The translations under genes and the position numbers were made by a program. A DNA stretch of 64,000 nucleotides. Source: a virus. Every line of letters starts with the position of its first letter. Positions within the stretch are counted from its first letter, which is position 1. Of this stretch, positions 19,405 through 28,702 are shown one piece after another. The DNA is taken from positions 36,558 to 100,557 of IMG/VR virus record IMGVR_UViG_3300032236_001191, one strand, 5' to 3'. The notes under the pieces are model-generated. The model was not told the DNA's origin. It made no database searches and was given only the letters and a program-made list of their open reading frames with translations.

Positions 19405-20316
19405 ATGAAACAACCACCATCGTGGGATGACAAACGCTTTTCGCTAAGAGCAAAAGCAATCTACAACATCTACATCCAATACGGACGTGTGCTATCTGCA
19501 GATGAACTTGTGTCACAGCTCAAAGAAGGCCGTGACGCTATTCAGACTGCCATAAATGAACTTAAAGCTTATAACTACATTCGTGTAACCCGACGACAAA
19601 TTAACGGCCAGTACATTAGTCACCTTAAGTTTGTGGAAAGTCAGGCCCTGGAAACCAGGACCGGAAACTCAGGGCACCTATACATAGATAGCTTACAAGC
19701 TAATAGCTTAAGTAATAGTATAGATATAGATACTAACGTATCTATATCTATAGGGGCTGCGCCCCTTGAGAAGAAGGAGTCTGAAATGGCATGGCCAGGT
19801 TTTGAAGAAGAAGTTGTTACGCCTAAGAAGAACCTTCGTGCGAAGCTGGACTCAGACGATGACTCAGGCGCCGTAGGCAAGGTTGTAGACAAAGCTGCTT
19901 TACGCAGACTGAAATACAAAAAGACAACTTTTGAATCCACACCACGCTCAGCCAAGCGCCACGACCTTCCAGAAGAAGAGTGGGCTAGTCCTGAGCTTGT
20001 AGGTGAGTTCTACGACTTGATGCGTGAGAAAGCTACAGGTGCCCCAAACCAAGTTAACGGTTCAGACCTTGGAAGTTGGATCAACAAGCAAAAAGGTTCC
20101 GGCACAGAGTACGTATCAATTCTCAAAGCCATACGAATGTTCTTTGCTGATCCAAGAAACTTGCACGATGTTGGCACAGGTCCTTCATTAATGCACCGCT
20201 TTATGGCATACTATGGAACTGTATGGGGAATTGTCACAAAGGACGTGAAGTCTAAGTACGAAGACGACGAGCTACTTGCAAGTCAGGAACGTATGCTTAA
20301 ACTATTGGAGGGGTAA
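19405..20316 (+). CDS. Replication initiator (N-terminal winged HTH)
   Basis: 'LS.RAK.IY...EGRDAI..A..EL...YI' initiator HTH; AGGAGG RBS; directly before a DnaC-like gene. Confidence 0.7.
   Translation: MKQPPSWDDKRFSLRAKAIYNIYIQYGRVLSADELVSQLKEGRDAIQTAINELKAYNYIRVTRRQINGQYISHLKFVESQALETRTGNSGHLYIDSLQANSLSNSIDIDTNVSISIGAAPLEKKESEMAWPGFEEEVVTPKKNLRAKLDSDDDSGAVGKVVDKAALRRLKYKKTTFESTPRSAKRHDLPEEEWASPELVGEFYDLMREKATGAPNQVNGSDLGSWINKQKGSGTEYVSILKAIRMFFADPRNLHDVGTGPSLMHRFMAYYGTVWGIVTKDVKSKYEDDELLASQERMLKLLEG
19719..19752. repeat. Perfect 15-bp AT-rich inverted repeat inside the initiator gene (candidate origin)
   Basis: TATAGATATAGATAC-TAAC-GTATCTATATCTATA. Confidence 0.7.
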
Positions 20317-20996
20317 TGTATAAACTCGATGAATTGCCAGGATCCATCAAGTCACAGATTCGCCGTTCCAATGTCCCAATGAAAAGCATCGGTTTAGAAT
20401 TTTCAGATTTAGATCCCAGCCCTACTCTGGACGCCGTACAACTATGGGTAGAGCAAGTGAAAGCAGGGAAGATCATCCAGGCATCAGGAGAGCCAAGCTG
20501 TGGACTCGGCTTACTTCTGATTGGTGAACCCGGTCATGGGAAGACAACAATCGCATCAACAACGCTACAGACTCTGGTTCGGACTGTACCAAGGTTGATG
20601 TGGGGTAATCCGGAGGGCACAGTAAGGCGTCAAACTTACTTTTCGGATTATCCAAAACTTTTACGTCTACAGAAATATCTGTGGAATGCTGAAGACGATG
20701 ACGACTCAAACTTGCTTATGCAGGGTCTTCATGGAGACGCAGGTAAAGAAAACAATGTACCAGTATTTGTCTTAGATGATATTGGTAAAGAGTACCGAAC
20801 TGCAAACGGTTGGGCAGAAAATACGTTTGATTCAATTTTGAGATCACGATTTAATGCTGGACTTCCAACCATCGTTACGACAAATGTCCCCCTAAAAGAC
20901 TGGGGTACAGTGTATGGTGAACCAATGGGCAGTTTTGCTCATGAAGCTTTTATACCACTTGTGGTAAAATCTAGTCGAGGGGATCGTAGAAAATGA
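20316..20996 (+). CDS. DnaC / IstB-like AAA+ helicase loader
   Basis: Walker A GEPGHGKT, Walker B VLDDIGKE, and 'R......PTIVTTN'. Confidence 0.88.
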   Translation: MYKLDELPGSIKSQIRRSNVPMKSIGLEFSDLDPSPTLDAVQLWVEQVKAGKIIQASGEPSCGLGLLLIGEPGHGKTTIASTTLQTLVRTVPRLMWGNPEGTVRRQTYFSDYPKLLRLQKYLWNAEDDDDSNLLMQGLHGDAGKENNVPVFVLDDIGKEYRTANGWAENTFDSILRSRFNAGLPTIVTTNVPLKDWGTVYGEPMGSFAHEAFIPLVVKSSRGDRRK

Positions 20997-21289
20997 GGAC
21001 GTCAATGAATCAGTGGCAAGCCACGCAGTTATTCTTGTCTGATACAGGTGTGCACGAGGTTGAGGTAAACCTTGGCAGCCACCGTCTACGATGCAACTGT
21101 AATGGCTACAGTGCCAGATCAAACTGTAAGCACACTAGGTTTGTAAAAGAGAAGATGGATAACAACGGTGGAGTTTATCCAACCGAAGTTTCAACACGTA
21201 TCTCTAAGATCGAAACTATGGTTGCTAGCCAAGATCCAGAAGCTTTTAGAAAGATGCTGATTAACTACGGCAAAATAGAAGTGGTTTAA
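20993..21289 (+). CDS. SWIM zinc-finger protein
   Basis: CNC...CKH motif. Confidence 0.7.
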   Translation: MRTSMNQWQATQLFLSDTGVHEVEVNLGSHRLRCNCNGYSARSNCKHTRFVKEKMDNNGGVYPTEVSTRISKIETMVASQDPEAFRKMLINYGKIEVV

Positions 21290-21291
21290 TC

Positions 21292-21693
21292 GTGCGAGGG
21301 GGCGACATTTCAAATGAAGTTCCTCTTCGTGTTCTAGTAACGCTAGATTGCATCATAGACCGAAAACCAACTTTTAAACGAGTACTGGGTATTCCGGTTA
21401 TGGGTGAAGAGACTACTTATAACAGACAAGCACTTGCACACTTTTGGCGTTTCAGCGAAAAGCATGACTATACTTTTGAGTTAGTTGGTTTTGAGTACAC
21501 GCAAAAAGAAATGGAACGAGTACTAGAAGATCTTGACAATCTAGGTACCAATCCATTTAATTATGCAAAGGCATATAACGTAGTTGCAGATTTGGTTGGA
21601 GAACTTCCTTATCGTCCTGAGGTAAAAGGGGTAGTAGATATACCCTCTCGTGCGCTAAGATACGGCAGTAAATATATGGAGACGGGGGCATAA
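21292..21693 (+). CDS. Hypothetical protein (possibly a degenerate HAD-like fold)
   Basis: ORF track; coupled to dnaB. Confidence 0.5.
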   Translation: MRGGDISNEVPLRVLVTLDCIIDRKPTFKRVLGIPVMGEETTYNRQALAHFWRFSEKHDYTFELVGFEYTQKEMERVLEDLDNLGTNPFNYAKAYNVVADLVGELPYRPEVKGVVDIPSRALRYGSKYMETGA

Positions 21694-22928
21694 TGGCAGC
21701 AGATAATGAGGTTAGACTATTATCTAGAGCTATTCGTACTAGAGATATTTCAGCGTTACTAGAAGCCGGTATAGATAGCGATTGGTTCTTTGTTGAGGAC
21801 AATCGCCAAGTTTGGCGTTTCTTAAAACAGCACTGGACTAAGTACCAGGAAGTTCCTACAGCCGTTACGGTTAAGGATAACTTCCCCACATACAATCTTC
21901 TTGCCGTAGACGACTCTATTGAATACCTAGTTGATCAGCTAGTTGAGTACCGTAGACGTCAAAGTGCAATCACTGTAATTCAGACTGCTTCTGATCTTAT
22001 CGCTACCGGAGATCATGACGCAGCTATTGCATCTATGAACCAAGGCATCGCAAAGATTGCTGATGAGGGTGTTCGTCAAAGTACAGATATTGATCTTACT
22101 CATGACGCTATGGCTCGTTTTGAAGAGTACCGAGAAATCAAGACTCGTCCAAACGGTTTGCTTGGCATGGCTACAGGGTTTCCAACAATTGATAAAGCTA
22201 CCGCTGGACTACAGGGCGGTCAGCTTGTAACAATCATTGCTCCTCCAAAGACAGGTAAATCTGTACTTGCTTTGCAGATGGCAGTTAACATTCACAACGA
22301 CGGTTTTGTTCCTATGTTTCAGTCTTTTGAAATGAACAATATTGAGCAACAACATCGTCATGACTCTATGAGAGCTAAGATTGCACACTCACGTCTTGTG
22401 CGTGGAAGTCTTAACCCAGATGAAGAACGCCGATACAAAGCTACCCTGGCGCATATGGAAACTATGCACAAGTTTTATCTTAGCGATTCCGTAACTGCTT
22501 TGACGGTCAGCGGATTGGGTGCAAAGATCGACAAGCTTCGTCCTGACGTAGTGTTTGTTGACGGTGTTTATCTTATGGTTGACGAGGTTAGTGGTGAGCA
22601 GAATAGCCCACAGGCATTGACCAACATTACCCGTTCCCTAAAACAACTTGCTCAGGCAAAGAATATCCCAGTCGTTATCAGTACCCAGGTTTTGCTATGG
22701 AAGATGAAGGGCAAGAAAGTATCTGCGGATGCTATCGGTTATTCTTCGTCTTTCTATCAAGACTCTGACGTAATCTTTGGTTTGCAACGCCAGGATGAAG
22801 AAGATGACACTACTCGTGAATTAAAGATTGTTGCTAGTCGTAACAGCGGACCTGCCGCTACCGATCTCCTTTGGGATTGGGAAGAGGGAAAGTTTGAGGA
22901 ATATGGTACCTTCGGCATCACCATTTGA
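21693..22928 (+). CDS. dnaB: Replicative DnaB-like helicase
   Basis: 'TGF..ID....GL..G.L', Walker A APPKTGKS, SFEM, VFVDGVYL, QDSD. Confidence 0.92.
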   Translation: MAADNEVRLLSRAIRTRDISALLEAGIDSDWFFVEDNRQVWRFLKQHWTKYQEVPTAVTVKDNFPTYNLLAVDDSIEYLVDQLVEYRRRQSAITVIQTASDLIATGDHDAAIASMNQGIAKIADEGVRQSTDIDLTHDAMARFEEYREIKTRPNGLLGMATGFPTIDKATAGLQGGQLVTIIAPPKTGKSVLALQMAVNIHNDGFVPMFQSFEMNNIEQQHRHDSMRAKIAHSRLVRGSLNPDEERRYKATLAHMETMHKFYLSDSVTALTVSGLGAKIDKLRPDVVFVDGVYLMVDEVSGEQNSPQALTNITRSLKQLAQAKNIPVVISTQVLLWKMKGKKVSADAIGYSSSFYQDSDVIFGLQRQDEEDDTTRELKIVASRNSGPAATDLLWDWEEGKFEEYGTFGITI

Positions 22929-23184
22929 TGGCAGCCAGCTATGTGCTCAAGTAGACAAAGACTGGTTTTTTCCAGACGAAGTTGACGATGAGGTAGAAGT
23001 GTTTAGTCTTAAAGAACTAAATGCCAAAGCCGTATGTCTTATGTGTCCTCTGAGTAAAGCTTGCCTGGACTATGCTCTTAAGACTCCATCACTAGAGGGA
23101 ATCTGGGGAGGAACTACAAAGCATGAGAGAAAGCTTATGCGACGTAGATTACGTGCAAGGGAGCTAAAGCTTGCTAGATCTTAG
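22903..23184 (+). CDS. whiB: WhiB family transcription factor
   Basis: C...D..FFP...AK.VC..CP....CL.YAL......GIWGG. Confidence 0.92.
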   Translation: MVPSASPFDGSQLCAQVDKDWFFPDEVDDEVEVFSLKELNAKAVCLMCPLSKACLDYALKTPSLEGIWGGTTKHERKLMRRRLRARELKLARS

Positions 23185-23347
23185 AGATAAAGAAAATCCT
23201 TTAGAGGTTTGTATATGCGGATCCACTTTGTGGAAAGTGCAGGCAATGTTTGAAGAAGGTGAGATAAGCCTTTATATGCTAGATATGGAGTGTGCGTTAT
23301 GCGGAGCTTTAGCTACCGCACCAACGCCAATTGATTATAGGAGTTGA
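23171..23347 (+). CDS. Small Zn-binding protein (58 aa)
   Basis: TTG start after GGAG; MLDLR...CICGS...DMECALCG.LATAPTPID. Confidence 0.65.
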   Translation: MLDLRDKENPLEVCICGSTLWKVQAMFEEGEISLYMLDMECALCGALATAPTPIDYRS

Positions 23348-23349
23348 AT

Positions 23350-23532
23350 ATGGTAACATTTTTAATGGGTTTAATTATGGGGGCTTACTTTACGTGGGCA
23401 ATTTTAACTAGAGATATTGACCCAAGAGACAAAGCTGACGGGGTAGATGTTATATGCTACGGCTGTGGTAGAAAGTATTGGATCAGTTATGAAAACTTTA
23501 GAACGTCTAACTACTGTACACAGTGTAAATAA
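23350..23532 (+). CDS. Small membrane-anchored Zn-ribbon protein
   Basis: N-terminal hydrophobic helix; CxxC...CxxC; AGGAG RBS. Confidence 0.55.
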   Translation: MVTFLMGLIMGAYFTWAILTRDIDPRDKADGVDVICYGCGRKYWISYENFRTSNYCTQCK

Positions 23533-23542
23533 AGGAGTCACC

Positions 23543-23644
23543 ATGTGTCATCTATGCGGATCAACAGAAAAGACTGAACTATTTGGTGTGACTCAGATCT
23601 ATCTTTGCAAGAACTGCTGGTCAAATAACTCTAAGGGAGAATAA
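23543..23644 (+). CDS. Tiny CxxC protein
   Basis: AAGGAG RBS; MCHLCG...CKNCW; coupled to primase. Confidence 0.5.
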   Translation: MCHLCGSTEKTELFGVTQIYLCKNCWSNNSKGE

Positions 23645-24609
23645 TGTACAAAGAGGGTGACGTAGAACAAGTACTTCTACGTTTGGGTATTGATGCCAAT
23701 CAGCGCAATTCAGAGCTGACTGGCTATTGCCCTATGCACCTAGAACGTGTAGGCCGGGAAGATAGCAATCCTTCCTGGTCTATCAACGTTGAGACCGGTG
23801 TACACCATTGCTTCTCCTGTGGCTATAAAGGTAGCCTATTAAGCCTTGTAGCGGACATTAACGAGTTTTTAACCCAGTGGGGACGTTACGACTACGACGC
23901 AGCTAAAGACTGGCTTAGAAGCCAGATTGAGGTTGATTTTGAGGCACTCAAGAAACATTTAGAAGAGCTTAGAAATTCTTACGTAGCTCCTACCAAGCCT
24001 CTAGAAATGAGTGAAGCTCGTCTTGCGGTATTTACTGAACCTATTCAAGAAGCTTTAGATGCTCGTGCGTTGACTGCAGAAGCTTGCGAGCTTTATGGGG
24101 TTAAATGGGAGCTTAAGAATAACCTTTGGATTACTCCTATTCGTGAGCCTAAAACATTTAAGTTACTTGGGTGGCAAGAAAAAGGGCAGAAAAGCCGTAC
24201 CTTTAGAAACCGTCCTATGGGCGTTGTGAAGTCCAGCACACTCTTTGGAATTGACACCTGGAAAGGTGGCACAATGATCATTGTAGAGTCGCCTTTAGAT
24301 GCCGTGCATCTAGCTAGTTGTGGGTATACCGGTGGACTTGCAACCTTTGGGGCTTCTATCTCAGAGGCACAGATTGACCTAATGCGAATGGCTGATAGAC
24401 TTATCATTGCATTTGATAATCCTAAGATTGATGCTGCTGGGGAAAAAGCCTCAAAAGCTATTCTTAGTACCCCAGGACTAGAACCTATCTTCTTTAGCTA
24501 TGGTGACCTAGGGGTAAAAGATATTGGGGATATGACTGCTGAAATGATTGGTGCTGGCCTTGAAAATGCCAAGCATTGTGTCTACGGAGAGAAAGCTATC
24601 TACTCATGA
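23644..24609 (+). CDS. DNA primase (DnaG-like)
   Basis: Zinc finger CPMH...CFSC; TOPRIM motifs VES..DA and FDN. Confidence 0.9.
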   Translation: MYKEGDVEQVLLRLGIDANQRNSELTGYCPMHLERVGREDSNPSWSINVETGVHHCFSCGYKGSLLSLVADINEFLTQWGRYDYDAAKDWLRSQIEVDFEALKKHLEELRNSYVAPTKPLEMSEARLAVFTEPIQEALDARALTAEACELYGVKWELKNNLWITPIREPKTFKLLGWQEKGQKSRTFRNRPMGVVKSSTLFGIDTWKGGTMIIVESPLDAVHLASCGYTGGLATFGASISEAQIDLMRMADRLIIAFDNPKIDAAGEKASKAILSTPGLEPIFFSYGDLGVKDIGDMTAEMIGAGLENAKHCVYGEKAIYS

Positions 24610-26159
24610 CCTTTACAGGCACTCTTTTACCTTATCAGGTTGACGCCGTAGAAGCTATGGTTGAGAAGAAAAAGATGCTTGTAGCCTACGATTTAGGTTT
24701 AGGTAAAACAGTATTAACAATCGCAGCAATTGAGGCTTTAAAGGACCAAGAAAAGATCGTTGGGCCTGGTATAGTTATCTGCTTATCAAGCCTCAAGTAT
24801 CAGTGGGCAGAACAAATCAGAAAGTTTACAAATGGATCTTCAAACCCTTTGGTCATTGACGGAACGCCAAAACAAAGGCAAGCACAATATATCGAAGCGC
24901 TCGACTGGGGCCATTCGCTTGTTGACTACGTCATTATTAACTACGAGCAAGTTGTTAACGACTGGGACTACATACAACAACTCTCAACAGAGTTCATCAT
25001 CTGTGACGAAGCCACAGCAATCAAATCTTTCAAATCAAAACGATCCAAAGCTGTAAAGAAACTTAAGAGTCCGGTACGCTTTGCACTAACCGGTACGCCT
25101 GTAGAAAATGGTAAGCCAGAAGAGCTTTACTCAATCATGCAGTTTGTAGACTCTAAAGTCTTAGGGCGCTTTGATCTATTTGACCAAACATTTATTGTAC
25201 GCAATCGTTTTGGTGGTGTAGAAAAGTATCGCAACCTTTCCACACTGAACAAAGCTCTCTCCGGTTCATGCGTCAGAAAGAAGCAGTCGGATCCGGATGT
25301 AGCCCCATATCTTCCGGATTCAATCTTTGCGGAGCCCATTTTGGTTCAATTTGACAGAGCCGGTGCCGTACTGTATAAGAGTATTGTTAATGATCTTTTA
25401 ACTGACCTTGATGAGGCCCTAGAATCTTACGGCGCATCCTTTAACATCTTTAGCCACTATGGGCAGCAAGAAGACGAGGGTGCACAGGCTGTCAAGGGTA
25501 AGATCATGTCTAAGCTAACTACACTGCGTATGCTCTGCGATCATCCGGATCTGGTAAAGATGTCGGTAAATACCTCTGGGTATGCTGAGAGTCTTGACAA
25601 TGATAATAGATTGGACAAGCTTTCTGCGTCTCCAAAACTCTCTGCTCTTAAAGAGTTTGTCTCTAACTTTCTTTCTGAATACGATGGTAACAAAGTTGTT
25701 ATCTTCACAAGCTATGTAAACATGGTTGATCTTATCCGTGAGGAAATCAGCTATGAAAGTCGTCCGTACACTGGAGCCATGAATGCTAAAGATAAAGAGG
25801 CGGCTAAAGTCGCTTTCCAAACCGATCCAAGTATTCGTATACTTGTTAGTAGTGACGCCGGTGGGTATGGCGTTGATCTTCCTCAAGCTAATCTTCTTAT
25901 TAACTATGATCTCCCGTGGAACGCAGGCCTCGCACTTCAACGTAATGGACGAATCAGAAGAGCATCCAGCACATGGCCCTCAATCGTAATCCAGGACTTT
26001 CTTATGGAGGGCTCCGTCGAAGAACGTCAGCATGCTATGCTCCAACAAAAGATGGCTATTGCTAACGCTATCGTGGATGGGGAAGGCATAAATCTTGAGG
26101 GTGGAATTGATTTAACTGTTGGGACACTTCGCTCCTTTTTGGGCAACTTTACGGTGTAG
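24606..26159 (+). CDS. SNF2-family helicase
   Basis: DLGLGKT, DEAT, LTGTP.EN, 'G.G.DL..A', 'Q..GRI.R'. Confidence 0.92.
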   Translation: MTFTGTLLPYQVDAVEAMVEKKKMLVAYDLGLGKTVLTIAAIEALKDQEKIVGPGIVICLSSLKYQWAEQIRKFTNGSSNPLVIDGTPKQRQAQYIEALDWGHSLVDYVIINYEQVVNDWDYIQQLSTEFIICDEATAIKSFKSKRSKAVKKLKSPVRFALTGTPVENGKPEELYSIMQFVDSKVLGRFDLFDQTFIVRNRFGGVEKYRNLSTLNKALSGSCVRKKQSDPDVAPYLPDSIFAEPILVQFDRAGAVLYKSIVNDLLTDLDEALESYGASFNIFSHYGQQEDEGAQAVKGKIMSKLTTLRMLCDHPDLVKMSVNTSGYAESLDNDNRLDKLSASPKLSALKEFVSNFLSEYDGNKVVIFTSYVNMVDLIREEISYESRPYTGAMNAKDKEAAKVAFQTDPSIRILVSSDAGGYGVDLPQANLLINYDLPWNAGLALQRNGRIRRASSTWPSIVIQDFLMEGSVEERQHAMLQQKMAIANAIVDGEGINLEGGIDLTVGTLRSFLGNFTV

Positions 26160-26168
26160 AATATTCCT

Positions 26169-26321
26169 ATGCCCAATTCACCTAAGACTCCGACACGTAC
26201 TATCCGTGTGGCCACTGAATTGTGGACTTCCGTAAAAGAAAAGGCCGCTTCCGAGGGCCGCACAGTGACGGACGTTATTATTGAGGCATTGAAAAAGTAT
26301 GTGGAGGAACAGGTCCTCTAA
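26169..26321 (+). CDS. Ribbon-helix-helix DNA-binding protein (50 aa)
   Basis: Translated by hand: 'TPTRTIRVATELW...KAASEGRTVTDVIIEALKKY'. Confidence 0.75.
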   Translation: MPNSPKTPTRTIRVATELWTSVKEKAASEGRTVTDVIIEALKKYVEEQVL

Positions 26322-26389
26322 GTACAGCAACACCAGACCTGCCCAAATGGGAGGTCTTTAACTAGTTATCGTCTAAGGAGATAATTATT

Positions 26390-26890
26390 ATGGCAACACC
26401 ATTTTCAAATCCAAAGGGCTATCCAGATCACGACTGGACTACAAAACGACCAGCCCCAGTAACACCCCCAGATCCATTTGCACTACTACGTCCATTTCTA
26501 CAATCGTGGACAGTAGGCTTTGATCATCAATTTGAGTTGTTAGAAGACTTGCGTAAAAATGCAAAGACTACAACTTATCCTCCGTACAATATCAAGGAAA
26601 TCGAAGAAGGCTCCTGCTATGAAATTGAGATGGCAGTTGCAGGCTTTGCTAAAGAAGATGTAACCATCAGCGTACAGGACAGCACCCTTACAGTATCCGG
26701 TGGCTCAAAAGAGTCTAAGGCAGATACTTATGTACACAAGGGTATTGCAGCACGAACCTTCGAACAAAAGTTTGGTCTAGCTGAATACGTTGAGGTTTCA
26801 AATGCAACTCTTGAAAACGGAATCCTAACTATTACCTTAAAGCGAGAACTCCCTGAGGAGAAGAAGCCAAAGGTTATCGAGATCAAGTAA
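26390..26890 (+). CDS. Small heat shock protein (Hsp20 / IbpA-like)
   Basis: 'YPPYNI...IEMAVAGF...HKGIA.R.F...F.L...A.LENGIL.I.L'. Confidence 0.95.
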   Translation: MATPFSNPKGYPDHDWTTKRPAPVTPPDPFALLRPFLQSWTVGFDHQFELLEDLRKNAKTTTYPPYNIKEIEEGSCYEIEMAVAGFAKEDVTISVQDSTLTVSGGSKESKADTYVHKGIAARTFEQKFGLAEYVEVSNATLENGILTITLKRELPEEKKPKVIEIK

Positions 26891-26895
26891 AAATC

Positions 26896-26932
26896 TGTGG
26901 GGATCCCTGGCATAAGTCCGGGGATCCCCATA
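26896..26932 (+). terminator. GC-rich hairpin after hsp20 (terminator or processing stem)
   Basis: TGGGGATCCC...GGGATCCCCA inverted repeat; no clear T-tract. Confidence 0.5.
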
Positions 26933-26972
26933 GTAAATCGACTATAATTCATACATAACTAGGGGGTATAAA

Positions 26973-27416
26973 ATGGATATTATCGAATCAACACGTAATT
27001 TTGGAAAGCCTGAAGAGGATACTACTCTTAACAAGGTTAAGCGTTTCCTTATGCTTAAGCGTCAAATTGATGACCTTAGCAAAGAACAGGGCGTACTTAA
27101 AACCTACCTATCTGAATTGGTAGATGTAGAGGGTGAACCAGATGAAAAGGGTCACTTGTTCTACCCACTGCCAGAAGAGGTAGACGGTTACAAATCTTTA
27201 CAGCGTCAACGACGTGTATCACAAAAGCTTGATGAAGCTGCAGCTGAACGCATCCTTAAGGAAAAAGGTCTGGAGACCAAGTGCTACCAGATGCTTCCGG
27301 TATTGGATGAGGCTGCTGTTATGGCTGCTCTCTACGAGGGTTTGCTTACAGAAGAAGAAGTTGATACAATGTTCCCTAAGACAGAAACTTGGGCATTCCT
27401 ACCAGTAAAGGCATAG
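26973..27416 (+). CDS. Hypothetical protein of the replication block
   Basis: ORF track; coiled-coil-like N-terminus. Confidence 0.6.
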   Translation: MDIIESTRNFGKPEEDTTLNKVKRFLMLKRQIDDLSKEQGVLKTYLSELVDVEGEPDEKGHLFYPLPEEVDGYKSLQRQRRVSQKLDEAAAERILKEKGLETKCYQMLPVLDEAAVMAALYEGLLTEEEVDTMFPKTETWAFLPVKA

Positions 27417-27417
27417 C

Positions 27418-27894
27418 ATGGACGACGCAGTTGACAAGATGTTCAGCAGCCTTGACCAGTACTACCCCGGCTCTAAGCGTAAACGCCGTGAGCCGGATCC
27501 AAAGGTAGAGGCAAAAAAAGCAGCAATCTCTAAAGATTCTTGGGATTCTGGTGCACAAGTCAAGAAATTACCTAATGGTAATGTGATAGAATTATTCAGT
27601 GCAGGAGCAATGGCCCTTGCACTGGGAAGACCGCTAGTTACTTTACGGCTTTGGGAACGAAAAGGTTATATACCACGTGCACCCTATCGCTTAAAGTCAA
27701 TGATGGTAAATGGTGTAAAGAAGCCAGGTTGGCGGATGTACAGCAGAGCTATCGTAGAAGCAACTATCGCAAGCTTCGAAGCTAGGAATCTTTTAGAGGC
27801 TCCTAGAATTGATTGGAAGAAGTATCCAGATCTATCCATCGAACTGATGGAGACTTGGGTAAAGATTCACAATCAAGAAACAACTGACCAATGA
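27418..27894 (+). CDS. MerR-like HTH DNA-binding protein
   Basis: 'MA.ALGR...TLR.WE.KG.IP......G.R.YS'. Confidence 0.7.
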   Translation: MDDAVDKMFSSLDQYYPGSKRKRREPDPKVEAKKAAISKDSWDSGAQVKKLPNGNVIELFSAGAMALALGRPLVTLRLWERKGYIPRAPYRLKSMMVNGVKKPGWRMYSRAIVEATIASFEARNLLEAPRIDWKKYPDLSIELMETWVKIHNQETTDQ

Positions 27895-27906
27895 CTATGG
27901 AATGGA

Positions 27907-28617
27907 ATGGCAATGACCGTAAATCTACAAGCAACACCAAATCTAGACTCTTATGTTTCTTCAGAGACTGAAACAGAAGAAGTAACACCAGATCTCTTTA
28001 CCGAAGAAGACGAGAACGAAATTCCTGATCGCTCTTCTATCATTCAAACCGGTTGGGCAGCTGCTAAAAAAGCTGTTGCAAACTCAAGTAAGACCTACGC
28101 AACCGATTTCCGTTTTGATGATGAACCACAGCTTATTAAGTTTATCTCAAACGAACCAATGTCCTTCATGCAGCACTGGATTAATCGTCCAGGCAAGAAG
28201 TCATTTATTAGTATTGGTGAGGGCGACCCACTAATCGCAGCAGGCAGCAAGCCAGACCAAAAGTTTGCGTTTACTGTACTGAACCTTTCTGACCCAGCGA
28301 ATCCAGTTCTACAGCTTATGGTTGTGGGCGTTCGCTTGTGCGGAATGTTGGAAAAGCTTGATTCTAATCCTAAGACCGGACCTCTTCACCGTCCAGATAT
28401 TTACTGGGCTGTGTCTAAGTCTGGAAGTGGAACCAAGACTTCCTATAGCATCCTTCCTGTAAAGGAACGTGATCTCCAAGAAGATTGGGATACAGATCCA
28501 GTTGCAACAGCGACATATATCAAAACTCTAAAGCCACTTGGACCTGAGGCTTTGTACACCTCAACTAAGGCGGAGTTGCAAGCAATTGCAGCAGAGTATA
28601 TCGCTAACAACGATTAA
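27907..28617 (+). CDS. Single-stranded DNA-binding protein (gp32-like)
   Basis: 'QHW...', 'K.GSG..TSY' pattern; directly before the DNA polymerase. Confidence 0.6.
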   Translation: MAMTVNLQATPNLDSYVSSETETEEVTPDLFTEEDENEIPDRSSIIQTGWAAAKKAVANSSKTYATDFRFDDEPQLIKFISNEPMSFMQHWINRPGKKSFISIGEGDPLIAAGSKPDQKFAFTVLNLSDPANPVLQLMVVGVRLCGMLEKLDSNPKTGPLHRPDIYWAVSKSGSGTKTSYSILPVKERDLQEDWDTDPVATATYIKTLKPLGPEALYTSTKAELQAIAAEYIANND

Positions 28618-28702
28618 TCCCAAATAATGTGCTGTGGGGGCCAGGGTTTGTTTGACCTCCTTTCTGTTACCTGGTCCCCCAGCACCCCTTCTTAGGAGAG
28701 CA

